Assembly: GCF_009914755.1 (NCBI RefSeq)
Contig: NC_060928.1
Direction: 5' to 3' (one strand)
Source of the DNA: the human T2T-CHM13v2.0 reference genome, Homo sapiens
Length of the DNA stretch: 64,000 nucleotides
Shown here: positions 1-14,075 of the stretch, piece after piece
How positions within the stretch are numbered: position 1 is the stretch's first letter
Layout: the number at the start of each line of letters is the position of its first letter
Translations under genes and position numbers: made by a program
Notes under the pieces: model-generated
The model's database searches: none
The model's input: the letters and a program-made list of their open reading frames with translations, nothing else
Told to the model about the DNA's origin: nothing

Positions 1-140
1 GGCCCATCTCTGGAGCCATCTCTGGGGCCCAACCCAAAACACAGGACCTAGAATGTGGAAGGTAGTTTCCCCACAGGAATATCAGTGTGCTTTCATCAGA
101 GGAAGGTAAATGGGTGGTGGTCAGGAAAAGCAACAAGGAT
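1..140 (-). mobile_element. Old MaLR LTR fragment (MLT1J/K-like)
   Basis: Resembles an MLT1 terminus (ggtagtttcccc...ggaatatcagtgtgct...aagcaaca); similar to 970-1055. Confidence 0.5.
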
Positions 141-599
141 ATGAGGAACTCAAATTTCATGAGGGAGAGGAAATAGAAGCAGAAAAACTATAAATGACCT
201 GATGTATGCCGTAAGGAAGGTATAACCAAAGTCTTGGAGATGCCAGAGGAAAGAACAGGTGAACCGGTAACTCCATCCTTCTGAGGATGACTGTGTCTCA
301 CATAGGAATGATTCTTAAAGGATATGGGCATTGCCTTTCATGCAAGAAACATGATTAAGAGATTGAGATCAGGCTAAACATGTAAACTGAGGCCAGAGAG
401 GGTACCTATAAAACATCTTATATGTTCAGCTAGGGACTCTGTGTCTCTTCTGTGGTAAACAGCAAGGACAGTTATGGCCAGCCTCCCAATGACATGTTAG
501 GTCTCTGTGCAACCAGTTGGCTTAAGACAAATGTTACCTTAGCTACTGTGACTGCCGTTCTTCCCCTTGTACAGGATTTGGGAGCTTCTCCCTGTTTGG

Positions 600-1055
600 G
601 GGACAAGACAGCTTAAAAACTGAGTCTCAAAAGAAATGAAAAATGAATGCAAGGGGAGAAGACTTTAGGAAAAACAGAAACTCAATTCAGATGGGCTTCA
701 TCAAAAACCAAACAATTTTACTTTCCCCCGTGTTGGCTTCATTTTTTCGCAGGCTTTCTCCTTGCAGCACAGATTGTAGCAGCTCTAAGCTTACATCCTA
801 CCAGCTTAGCAAATCCAGGAGAATGAGGGCTGCTTTTCCGTGAGTCTCAACAGCAGTCTCATAACAGATGCCACTGGATTGGGCCCCACACCCATCCTGG
901 GGCCACTCATGGGTCCCAGAACTTCTCTGGAGCCAAGGACAGAGTCCAAAGCACTCAGCCACAAGTGTGGAAAGGGTACCACCCCAAGGGGAAATCGAGG
1001 TGTTGTTAGTAGAGAAAGGAGTGGACCCTGGGCAGCAATAACAACAGACATTCAC
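600..1055 (-). mobile_element. Old MaLR LTR (MLT1K-like)
   Basis: ttggcttcatt...caggctttctcc...agcttacatcctaccagcttagcaa...acaacagacattcac is typical of antisense MLT1J/K. Confidence 0.6.
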
Positions 1056-1784
1056 GGCTTACAGAACAAATAAGACCACTCGGAGCCGGAGTCCAGGCTC
1101 TTAATATTCAATCCTGCCTGACATTCTCCCTGTGCTTCTTAGTACTGGGCTTTCCTCTGTTAGAGACATTTAAGGTTTATAAAGCAACCCAAATTAAGGC
1201 TTTTGCTTGGTAGAGTGTGCCTAATTAGATGGTATTTTCTTAATGTTCATATAATATTTGTTTCTTGCTCACTTATATCTACTTCCTTTTATAAGACGTG
1301 TAGACCCAGAGAGGTACCCACATTTGAGGTAGCAATGAAATATGTCCAGGAAGCCTTGCTGGAACGCCAGAAGCAATGGGGTCAAAAAGACTGACTTAGT
1401 AACTTCTAAGTTGCAGAAAATGGCTCATCTCCCAAAAAAGGAGTCGCTGAATCCTTGTAGGAAACACATCTATACAACCTATAGTCCCATCCTTACTTTA
1501 AAAGGCTTTTGTAAAATTTCTATTTTATTTCTGTCCATTAATCATATTTATTAGGGAATCACTGTAATTTGCATCTAAAACTATAAGAATAACAGAATTA
1601 TATCAGGAACTGCCTCCAAAATGCTTATATAGAGATTATGAAACATCTAATGATGAGGTTTTGTACTTTGGTAACTTAACTTTGAAATATTTTGTACCCT
1701 ACGGCTCTAAAGTTCACATTTTCTTTCCAATGATGTTGAACTCCATTATGTGCAATTTAATTAACTTTGGTAAACAAGTATGAC

Positions 1785-3114
1785 TTTTTTTATTATTATT
1801 ACACTTTAAGTTCTGGGATGCATGTGCAGAACATGCAGGTTTGTTACATAGGTATACACGTTCCATGGTGGTTTGCTGCACCTATCAACCTGTCATCTAC
1901 ATTAGGTGTTTCTCCTAATGCTATCCCTCCCCTAGCCCCCCATCCCCCTGACAGGCCTCGGTGTGTGATATTCCCCTCCCTGTGTCCACATGTTCTCATT
2001 CTTCAACTCCAACTTATCAGTGAGAACATGCAGTGTTTGGTTTTCTGTTCCTGTGTTAGTTTGCTGAGAATGATGGTTTCCAGCTTCATCCATGTCCCTG
2101 CAAAGGACATGAAATCATCGTTTTTATGGCTACGTAGTATTCCATGGTATATGTATGTCACATTTTCTTTATCCAGTCTATCATTGGTGGGCATTTCGGT
2201 TGGTTCTTTGCTATTGTGAACAGTGCTGCAATAAACATACGTGTGCATGTGTCTTTATAGTAGCATGATTTATAATCCTTAGGGGTTTATAATGGGATTG
2301 CTGGGTCAAATGGTATTTCCGGTTCTAGATCCTTGGGGAATCCCCATACTGTCTTCCACAATGGTTGAACTAATTTACACTCCCACCAACAGTGTAAGAG
2401 CATTCCTATTTCTCCACATCCTCTCCAGCATCTGTTGTTTCCTGACTTTTTAATGATCTCTTTTCTAACTGGCGTGAGATGATATCTCATTGTAGTTTTG
2501 ATTTGCATTTCTCTAATGACCAGGGATGATTAGTTTTTTTTTTCTATGTTTGTTGGCCGCATAAATGCCTTCTTTTGAGAAGTGTCTGTTCATATCATTT
2601 GCCCACTTTTTGATGGGGCTGTTTTTTTCTTGTAAATTTGTTTAAGTTCTTTGTAGATTCTGGATATTAGCCCTTTGTCAGATTTATAGATTGCAGAAAT
2701 TTTCTCCCGTTCTGTAGGTTGCCTGTTCTCTCTGATGATAGTTTCTTTTGCTGTGCAGAAGCTCTTTAGTTTAATTAGATCCCATTTGTTGATTTTGGCT
2801 ATTTTTTGCCATTGCTTTTGGTGTTTCAGTCATGAAGTCTTTGCCCATGCCTATGTCCTGAATGGTATTGCCTAAGTTTTCTTCTAGGGCAGTTTTAGGT
2901 CTTACATTTAAGTTTTTAATCCATCTTGAGTTAATTTTTGTATAAAGTGTAAGTAAGGGGTCCAGTTTCAGTTTTCTGTATATGGCTAGCCAGTTTTCCC
3001 AACACCATGTATTAATTAGGGAATCCTTTCCCCATTGCTTGTTTTCATCCGGTTTGTCAAAGATCAGATAATTGTAGATGTGTGGCATTATTTCTGAGGC
3101 CTCTGTTCTGTTCT
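1785..3114 (-). mobile_element. 5'-truncated L1PA element (ORF2 C-terminal remnant plus 3' UTR)
   Basis: T-rich tail followed by L1 3' UTR; ORFs 2287..2508 and 2771..3088 give degraded ORF2 peptides ([23 protein letters not shown]); candidate TSD GTATGAC at 1778-1784 and 3115-3121. Confidence 0.95.
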
Positions 3115-4539
3115 GTATGACATATTTTGTCTTTAGTCATAATAATACGACTAACATGATGTAGACTACTTAAAATGTAATATTTTCAGTATTTCTTTAT
3201 ACTTTGAAATATGCAGGACATTTCTGAACATTCTCATGAGTCTATTAGTGTGCCTTTGCTATTTAATATGCATATTAAAATCTGTTCTTGTTTATTCACT
3301 TATATAAAAACAAGAGAAAGTTTAAAAAGCACAAATCCTGACTCTGTTGGAGAATGTGTGTGCTTTTATCTCTAGCAATTTGGAAAGATTTTAAATTAGT
3401 CATTTGTTTTCTCATTGACAGTCTTTGTTATATTTAAACATGTTCGTGAAATTAATGCTAACTATATACAATAAGCATTCAAAAATAAAAAGTTAATTTC
3501 TTTTTAATGAAAAGAACGTGTTTATGTCTTACATGTCTGAGTTTTAGGTAGGAGTAGTTTTGTGCAATTATATGACATGATTTTAGTTTTTTCTGACTAA
3601 AAACATGCTTATGTCCTCACTGTGCTTTACCAAAAAAAAACTTCTTGTTTTCTATTGTCTGCCATAGCCATTCTAAAAGCAATGTTTAATTTACTTATGT
3701 AGAAAGTTTAAATAACCTTTCTGCTTTATTTCACCACCTTGACCCCTTGTCATGCTGTTCATTCTGCCATTCATTCAAATGATGGGAAGACATTTTTCTT
3801 TAAGACAAGCTTTTTACCCATGGTGCAACCTAGCTAGAGGATTGTTACCAGAAGACAGTTACAAAGCTACTTTCTGTTTGATCAAAAAACTGACAGATTT
3901 GTGGAAATCAGCTCAGAAGAATAATCTATTTTCTAAGATCTCTATGTAGGAACTTAGTAAATGTCTTCCCTGTACTTTGTAGATCTGCAAAAATAATATG
4001 GTTCAGCTCTACATCAGAGCTATGACTATATGTTTGCCATTCATTGATGAATTCATTCATTCATTGCGAGAATGATTATTGGACTTCTTCTAAATGAAAC
4101 AGAGGAACTCTATTTTTACATGTTGATGGATTACTAATTGTAAACATTCAGGTAGAGATTTATGGTATTAGAAAGAGAGAAAGATAGAAGGAATGAGGGC
4201 TTTTGGACTTGTGTCCAGGATTACTGTCTAAGCAGGTTCAAATGTTTTCCTATTTACTTGTTTACTGTCAGGATATTGACGCCATCTCATTGTTCCCAGT
4301 ATTGACCTGCAAAATACTAAAATGCAGAAAATTTCTATTTATCTCTACCAAGGAATAGGAACTTCTCATTAACTATATATTTTGACTGACTAATAATTTA
4401 AAAGATACACGGTGAAAATGACCAATTTTCAAAGAATGTACATAAAAGTATCATGAAAAATGTGAAAACAGCTTATTCTTATATGTAAAATATGAAATAC
4501 TGTAGTATTCAGGTCATCTTTACAAATATATCAGATTCA

Positions 4540-4810
4540 CCATCTTTCACTTTTCTTTATGTGAAACCCATTGAGACTAGATAAGTATTAGAATTCAGGG
4601 ATTTTCAGGTGTATATTAAGTCAATATGATTTGTATATTATACATTAATCTAACTGCAGAAAACATCTGAATATATAAAGACTATGAATTGTTTCACAAC
4701 CGTTCAGGTCTAGTTTTGCTGGCAAATAAATATGCACTAAACATAAAAAAAAAGCCTTTGCTTTTGCTCTTCAGAGCTTCTTGGACTTCAAAAGTCTATC
4801 GGATTGCAGA
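4540..4810. mobile_element. Degraded Tigger-family DNA transposon fragment (MER46C-like)
   Basis: ttcaggtctagttttgctggcaaat...ttcagagcttcttggacttc resembles MER46C by eye. Confidence 0.45.
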
Positions 4811-4814
4811 GTTC

Positions 4815-5113
4815 TTTTTTTTTTTTTTTTTTTTGAGACAGAGTCTCGCTCCATCACCCAGGTTGGAGTGCAGTGGCGTAATCTCGGCTCACTGCAGCCT
4901 CCGCATCCTGGGTCAAGCAATTCTCCTGCCTCAGCCTCCCGAGTAACTGGGACTACAGGTGCAGGACACCACACCTGGCTAATTTTTGTATTTTTAATAG
5001 AGCTGGGGTTTCACCCTGTTGGTCAGGATGGTCTTGATCTCCTGACCTTGTGATCTTCCCGCCTCAGCCTCCCAACGTGCTGGGATTACAGGCGTGAGCC
5101 ACTGCATCCAGCC
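4815..5113 (-). mobile_element. Alu (AluSc-like), full length
   Basis: Poly-T then gagacagagtctcgct...gtgagccactgcatccagcc; TSD GATTGCAGA(G/C)TTCT on both sides. Confidence 0.95.
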
Positions 5114-5849
5114 CCCAGATTGCAGACTTCTTATCTCACAGCAGCATGCTTTAGCATCTCATTTATCTGGCAATCAGATTTCATCATCACCTTTTGGGGG
5201 CAGAATTGGGAAGGCAAAATGAAGCAACATTGGCTTCTGAGCATCAAAGAAGATAGCTGTGGGCCACGTGCTTTAGTTATAAAATTATAAAACTTTTCGA
5301 ATTGGAAGGAACCTTTGGAATCATGCCACCTAGCTCTTTCATTCTACAGCTGTGGAAGCTAAAGCATAGGGAGACAAAATTGTTAGTTTGAGGTTGGCTA
5401 GCCCAACAGAGCCATACTCATGTTGAATTATTTGTAAAATTAATCTTCATTGTTTAACAAGCCTAATGTTTTGCTGTAAGCTTTCCCAGAACGTTCATGT
5501 TTCTGAGTGATAGTGATTAGAACAGCAGATTAGAAATATGGGGGACATAGAAAGCACTCTAGAGACTAATTTACTGAGAAGTGGAACTGAGAAGCAGAGG
5601 AGGAAGCAGGAGATTTGCAGGACAGCGAAAACTTCTCAACATACTCTGAAAGTTAGACAGCACGAGTAATAGATTCCTTTAGGGATAACAATGCCTGCTG
5701 GTTGTTCAGGTGCTCTTAACCAAAGGAAATGCAGTGTTTTCCCATGAAAACAAAGTGAAGGGCCACATGGCACCACGTTTTGACAAACCCATTCACTCTG
5801 GGTTGGATTTATTTCTTTCAAAACACCACCAAATATCAAAGTAAAAGAG

Positions 5850-5935
5850 TATTTCAGGGACTGTAATATATGGGAAATCTCTATCTCTGTTCAATTTTCC
5901 TGTAAACTTGAAACTTCTCTAAAAAATAAAGCTGT
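5850..5935 (+). mobile_element. L1M 3'-end fragment
   Basis: atatgggaaatctct...caattttcctgtaaacttgaaacttctctaaaaaataaag is typical of old L1MC/MD ends. Confidence 0.55.
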
Positions 5936-7029
5936 TAGAAAGAGAGAGAGAGATTGCATTCACTTCTCATTGATATTTCAATCAATGGAATTTCTTAACA
6001 GACAACTTTGGGAAGAGAGACTGAAATAGCAGCATTACTGCTATTGACTATTAGTTATTTTTAAGAAAACACCATCTCTATGTGTCAAACAAAATACAGA
6101 TGAGACCATTTTTTAAAAGATTGACACTAAGACTCTAAGAACAAGTTAAAACTGTATTTACGTAGGCAAGGATGTGTGAAATATATTTTTCAAAGATCAC
6201 TGGCCAAATTTTTATTAGCTTAATCTCTGTTAAAGTGCAAATATTACTGAGAAAGCTGACTGTTACCCTTCCCAGTCTTTTTAGTTTAATGAGAGCAAAT
6301 TCCAGTTCTTGTCTCAAATGCAGATTTTGATAAAACAAAGCTTGGATATATTTGCGTTTAGAGGAAGAAATAGATTTAAGCAAAGAGAGAAAGAAAGGCA
6401 AAACCTGAGAGGGTTTGGACACTGAAAACAAATCTCTGGTTTTATAATCTTGCCCACATTAAAGTAGTAACTTCTAGAATAAAGCTCCATTGTCAGGTCA
6501 TAGGATTTTACGTTCTTGTCCAGTAATTTTGAAACATTATTAATTTGCTTAGATTGTTGATATGTAATTAATAATTAATGTTTCCTGTTTTCTATCTAAA
6601 ATAAAGAAGCTTGGATCAGATTGAACAGAAATAAAATATCTTCTTAATCTTAGTCCTCACTTGAGATAAACACAGAGCTAAGCTATTCACTTAAGTCTTA
6701 ATTTTTATATAAGAAATAAATAATAAGTCGGTATTTTATGAAGAGTTTCTGAATATAAAATTGAGCTATAGTTTAAAAATATTGTGGCTAATTACAACAT
6801 TTCCTTTTGTTTTAGGAATGGTAAAGAGTTAACAAAAGACCACTGTGTTTAAATGGTTGGTTCTTGGAAACTAAATTTAAGATAATAGTCAAATAATGTA
6901 AATTTAATTGCATTTAAAACTTACGATAAATTATAGTATACCAACTGCTTCCACATATGTGGATATTATTTAGCTTTTAGGCCAGAGTAAAGTGTACTTA
7001 AGACATACTATATGGTAATGACTTAGATT

Positions 7030-7250
7030 CAGGCTTGACAATCTACGGATTGAATCTCGCCTGTAGCCTGTTTTTGTAAATAAAGTTTTATTGGAACACA
7101 ACCACATCATTTGTTTATGTATTCTCTGTGGCTACTTTTGTGCTACAACAGCGAGGTTTGAGTAGTTGCCAGAGAGATTCCATGGCCCACAAAGCCTTAC
7201 GTATTTAATATTATATCTGGCTCTTTAAGAAAAACGTTTGCTGGCCCGCG
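7030..7250 (-). mobile_element. MER58A-like hAT-Charlie DNA transposon
   Basis: gcctgtttttgtaaataaagttttattggaacacaaccac...ggcccacaaagcc...atctggctcttt...aaacgtttgctggccc. Confidence 0.8.
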
Positions 7251-7263
7251 ATTTGGATGGTCA

Positions 7264-8064
<801 letters not shown>

Positions 8065-8620
8065 CTATTTGAGATTATGGTTTATATTTCCTAGGGCTTT
8101 GAATTTTTTAGGACATCATTATAAGGAGCCATTTTTTATTTCCATATACCAGACTAGTGAAAAGAAAGTGGCATTGTTGCTTCTGATTGTATTCTGTAAC
8201 TTTCAACTCTAAATGACTTGTGTAGGATTTCCACCACTAATTGGTTTGCCTGGGTCTTGTACACATATTTCAAATCCTAACTTCATTATCTTGGCCCCCT
8301 GCATATACTGATACTCTCTACCATTATCAATGGAACAATTTCCATGTACTTTACAACTGCAACCTTTTGCACTATACAAGATAGCCCAAGAACAGCCTTC
8401 ATGAATTGCATCATAACTGTAGCACTGCTCAACTTACACTGACATTCCCCGTCCATGTGGGCCATAAGCTCCTGGAGAAGAGGGATCATACCAATATCAT
8501 TTTCCTGCGTGTCAGCCTTGGGCAGTGTTTGCTATTCAAAACTGAAATTTTTATCTAGAAGTGTACTTTTAGAATTTTCTCCTCTGTTCAAGCTCAGTAG
8601 TTGAAGTATATATTAAAGTA

Positions 8621-8744
8621 AGGGTGTCCATTTAATTTGTCACCAAATTGAGACAATTCTGAGAGTTAAAGATGAGTCTCTGAATAGTTGTACTAGGACA
8701 TAGACCAGAACTATGTTCAGAAAACCAGGACATACAGTCACCTT
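8621..8744. mobile_element. MER94-like hAT-Blackjack MITE
   Basis: Imperfect terminal inverted repeats agggtgtccat.../...acagtcacctt; internal gagacaattctgagagttaaag and aaaccaggacat. Confidence 0.6.
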
Positions 8745-9361
8745 AATATTTGGAGATTTTTAAATTACAAAATTTCCTTAACTATACTATGTGTGATATT
8801 AAATAGTTGTACATCATAAAGTAGACATTAAAATGACTTTTATAATAGCAACAAATGACCAAAAACAAAAACATTTGAAAAATTGTGGAATTTCAGTTAA
8901 CTTGGAGTTAGTATCTTATGCCTGATAGAAGCAACATGATGGCCAAGCCTCCTTTTCTTGCTCTTGTACTTTCACAGGACCTTCTCATCCTTTTCATCAT
9001 CAAGAAAATCACGTGGCTGTCACTATAGACAACAAACAACTACCAATAAAAGAAAAAAAAATAGAAGAAGGAAGGCGGCTCCTCTAGGATTGTGTCAGGA
9101 TTAGAAAATAATGTCTTGCACCAGCCATCTTGTTCCATTTCTTTCCTATTTAATTATTGCTCTTTTTATTAAAAAGCATAATCAGGCATGCATTGATCTT
9201 ACAATAAGCTTTGCTTATAGTAAAACTGAAGCACATTTTAAATTATGCAGTTCACTATATTAAGCCAGGACTTTCCAGTCCACCCAAAGTTTCCCGTAAA
9301 GTTCTGTTTGACCTTTGTATAAAGACCACCTTCACTAGGTGACTTATTTTTGCTGCCCTCT

Positions 9362-9370
9362 TGGGTGGTC
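9362..9370 (-). promoter_or_regulatory. Perfect GLI consensus site (TGGGTGGTC = GACCACCCA on the - strand) in intron 4
   Basis: Exact 9-mer match with two near-matches within 100 bp; HHIP is an established Hedgehog/GLI feedback target. Function untested. Confidence 0.55.
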
Positions 9371-11299
9371 GAATGAGGCAAATTTCCCTGTTGAACAACA
9401 TACAGCCTTCTTTTTTGCCAACTGAACATTACACTGGGATGTGGCTTGGAGGCACAGTTTCTCAATACTATAAACAACTGCTTTCTTGGAACAGCTTGTT
9501 GCTGAAGCATAAAGAGAGGTTACTCTTGGTTTAGCCTTGAGTAGCATATGAATTGGTTAAGGAAGTAAGTGTGGCTCACCCACCAAATTACAGTGGCCAT
9601 AATATAATTAAGTTCGGTATCCTCCCTAGAGGCTCTAAGAAGTATTATTATGACACCAAACTTAAAGAAGAGGGATTTTTTTTTTAAGAGCCAGGAAATT
9701 CATGAGAAGCAGTCTTTGGGGAAAATGCTGCAAAGATTTTAAAAACTCCGTAGAAATATCTAAAAGTTGTTCAAGAAAAAAGGCTGGGTTAAAATACAGT
9801 AGTTAGTTATCGATGATCCTGAGTACTATTAAATCAGTATCTCTCACAAGAGTAGGGTGCCTTGGGATTAAAGATGGTATTGAAATTGGGATGGAGAACA
9901 AAAGGGAAGATTAAAGATACATTAGAAATATTAATAGTAAAACAAAGGAAAAATAGGAAATGTTACTAAAAGAAATTATGGGAAAGGCAATTGCTCTCTG
10001 CTTATCCAAATTGTAATTAAAACATAAAATTTCTAAAAACAACTTAGACTTTTAAGTTAAAGACTTAATTTAGACTATTAAAAGATTATTAAAGACCTAC
10101 ACGTCTCTAAGTGGAAAGAAGGAGAAAAGAGAATGAGAATGTAGAGCCATTTGCTGGCTCAGCTTAAGGCCACAGCTTTCTTAGCAATGCAGCTTGTACA
10201 GTTGTCAGAGCTTTCTGGTAGAACCCTAGTCTGGGTGCAACAGTCACAGAGACAAATATGAAAATAGGAACATGTATGAAAACTTAAACCCTTAAAAAGA
10301 AAGACGCTTAGCCTCTATTTATTTCCAAATAATTGCTGTTCAAGGCATTGCTCTTTATCTCTTGGGCCCCATGACAGAGTGGCTTAAAATAAATCATCAA
10401 GTCTTCAGGGCAAGTGTGATTTATTTTTTGGTCATATACTGCTGCTTTGTCATTCTATGTAATTATTATATTCAGCCAGTCTGCTTATCATTGGTTACAG
10501 CTTCATAATGTCACAAATAATCCTGCTTATGTTTATCTGTCTAGGTGTCAGCCATCCATGCCATAAATCCTATAACAACCTAATAATATTCTCTTCATGT
10601 GTTTTGTGCAGAAGCTACATTGCAATAAGTATGGCTTTCACATAAATAGAGAGTTTTGGAGTACAGGAGTGACTCGGGGAAAAGTGTGATTCCACAGATG
10701 GTGCTACTCAGACAAATCAAAGGGCTGAATGTAGTATCTGGCAAATCCATCTTTAATGCAGCCATTCCTCTACATGGCTTTGGTTTAGAGTATACATTAA
10801 TGCATTAACTCTAGGCTAGTACAGAGCTTAATGATGCATCCCTGCTTAATTTCTACCAATTTCACAGAGGATATTTTTGTCTCCTGCAAGTAGGAATCAA
10901 GAAAGTTTACTAGATGTGCTCATAGTGTAGTGAGCCTTATGTGGGAAAAGGAAAACCAACACCTTTGAATTCTTTCATTCTGTGTGGAGTTGCCCTAAAT
11001 TAAGCTGATGCTTCAGTGTCTTCATCCCTTACACAATCAGTTGCATCACTCCTCCACCACAGAGCCATAAAACTCACTGGTCTAGTCAGTGCTTTAGATG
11101 TTTCAGGTGCCTAATAACTTTTGGCAACTTTTTTTTTTTTTTTTTTTTTTTTTTGCTATTGGCCTATAGGTCATCTCAGCATTATCAAAACTAAGTTTGA
11201 TAACTTACATTCTATTTGCATACGGCTTTTAACTTGTTAGGAATGGAAATCCACCTTTTTGAAGTTCCACTGTGTTACAGAGTCTTTACAAGTTCCAAT

Positions 11300-11420
11300 C
11301 TTGTAAACTAGGTATGATTATCCCTTTTTATGGATAAGGAAACTCATGTTCAGAAACTTAAGTAATCTTCTCAATGATATATATCTAGCAACTGGTCGAA
11401 CCAGGATTCAAATTTTATGT
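11300..11420 (-). mobile_element. MIR fragment
   Basis: attatcccttttta tggataaggaaactcatgttcagaaacttaagtaa...ccaggattcaaa (MIR core). Confidence 0.7.
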
Positions 11421-13141
11421 CTAATAATTGTGAACAAAATCCATCAAATAACCATCCAAAACCCAGCCTGTGAACGCATTTAAAGAAATTTTGCTCTAGA
11501 ATCAGCACTGATTTTCAACTCTGCTGTCTTCTGTGAACATTGCATAATAAACTAACACTAAGTCAAACACAGACCATGTTCCCACCCAAGTCAGCCTTGG
11601 TTCCCAAGCACAAGTCGCTTTCAGAATAGCTTGTTGTTGAAGCAGGAAAAAAAAAATTGTGCTTGATTTGGCCTTGAGTAGCAATGTGAATTATAAAGGA
11701 AGTTAAGCATGGCTTGCTAGAAGAGTCCCAGCGGTGCTGGTGCTTCTATAGAATTAATTGGAGAGTCTTTTTTTTTTTGAAGTCCCAGGCAGCCAATGAG
11801 TGAAAATGCATAATTTATGCAAGTGTTGGGGAAAAGGCACACCTGTGCCAAGATAAGATTTTCCTATCTTGGATGAGTGGGAAGTTTAATTTTTCTGCAA
11901 AAATAAATTGGAAGCCTAAATATTAGAACTTATGGGGAAGAGTTATGCCTTCTAATGTATTTAAATAAACGTGAGGTTCTTTTGTTCCTTTTCCCAGTCT
12001 ATTTTATCCTTTAAAAGACACAAGTCACGGGGAGCATGTTAAATGTCAAAGAAACTATGTAAACTGGTAGATGTTAATTAACTCTGCCAGACAAAACAGT
12101 TGCAGGATTGGATAAATGAGGAAATCCATCATCTAAGAAGTTATATGCAAGAACGGAAGGGATGAGAAGTCATTCTCATACACAAAACTTCTCAATTCTC
12201 CTGTGTCTGGATGAAGGCCATAGACATTTTATGAATTTAAAGTGGGAGCACCAAAAATGTCATTGGAGTGCTTATTTCTTCAAGCTTGGTGTGTTATAAA
12301 TGTCATCTAGGGACGATGCCATACCAGTAGGAAGATATCATTTACAGCGTGTTCTAGACACTGAAACCATTTCAGTCACAGATAAATATCTTCCCAAGGG
12401 TTTGGTTTGCAAAAAGAAAAAAAGAATCTTTCTATCAATTGCTGGATTAGGTCATACAATTCTTTCAATCTATAGCAATTAAACTATACCTGCACACATG
12501 TGATTTACAAGACAGTTTGATTTCAGAGAGCTTTTATTAATGTATTTTATTTCATTCAGAGTGTGTTCTTTATAACAAACAGGAAATCTCACTAACTCTA
12601 ATCCAAAGTTTGAGCAATGGAAAGGCACATAGATGATGTCGTACATTATAAATATTTTTTGTACTTGCTAGTTTATTTCTAAGGAAATTATGAGAATGAC
12701 ATCATAATGATGACTGACTTTTATTAGTGTTTTTGCTCTGAAGATCTAGACAAGTAGTTACAAAGAAAAACAAATTGTCTAGTGTTACCGCTTAATACTT
12801 TGCCTGATGTTTTCTAGTGACATTAATCTTGGGAAGTGATTCCAGGACTTCTATGCTACCATGAGTTCTCTTTTACATATTTATCATCAAAAAGAACATG
12901 GTGGTAAAGTACAACATTTTTAAAAACTCAAAACAGGAAATAATTACTTTTGATTTTTGCCTGGAGCACTGCTTGGATTAGTCTACAACTTGAAAAACAA
13001 TTTTAGACCAATATTTTATAGACCATTATTTGTTACTATCAGAGGAAGGTTTAACATAACTGTTTATTATACATTTTAGCAAGATGCTTCTTTTTTCTAC
13101 TAATATCAAATAGAAATTGTTAACATTCTGTTTTTAACTGA

Positions 13142-13465
<324 letters not shown>

Positions 13466-13589
13466 TAAACCATTTTAAATGACTTATTTGATATTGGTAT
13501 GTTTTGAAAGAGAAGATAATTGTGTAAAGATAGATGAAATTCATGAAATTGAGGTATAGGTCTTAGAGTCTACTATTAACCCACACACT

Positions 13590-14075
13590 GAATATTTGAA
13601 TACCTAGAGTTATCAGTCATTGAGCTAAGTGCTGAGGTGCAATCAAAGAATAATAAAACTTGATTTCCATCTAAGATTTCTTCTGTATGGGGTAGGGAGA
13701 CTGGTAGGTATAATCAACACAAAGTGATATGATGGTAGTATGGTGTCCTAGCAATACCTGGAAAGTACTAGGATGAAAAGAAAAAGACATGCTTGCTAAA
13801 CTCTGGAGTCAAGGAGGACTTTGCAGAAGTGCTGGAGCTGGTCTTAAACGATCAACAAGTTATTCCATAGAAACTAGATGGGAACGATCTTCAAAGCAGA
13901 GGGAACAAACAAATGCAAATGCATCAGGATATGAAAGCCAAGAGAGCATCAGAGTTGACCATAGCTGGAAAGACACGAACATGAGATGGAATGACAGAGC
14001 GGAGACTGGAAAGAGAGGTTAAGACCATATTGTAAAGTGTCTCATGGCCCCTGATAAATTATTTGGGCCTATTTT
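13590..14075 (-). mobile_element. L2 fragment
   Basis: aatatttgaatacct...gagctggtcttaaacgat...ggaacaaacaaatgcaaa pattern of the L2 3' region. Confidence 0.55.

Noticed and set aside
1767-3088. ORFs of 73-150 aa in the ORF track
   Set aside because: All lie within the truncated antisense L1; they are broken ORF2 remnants or chance frames across the L1 3' UTR.
10045-10100. Degenerate ttaaagac/ttagac repeats (also short duplications near 13005 and 49680)
   Set aside because: Low-complexity slippage products with no spacer architecture; not CRISPR-like and not a regular minisatellite.
9344-11684. Two minus-strand ORFs both starting MLLKAK, suggesting a duplicated micropeptide gene
   Set aside because: Frames diverge after six codons because of indels; the similarity is at DNA level only and is reported as a duplication.
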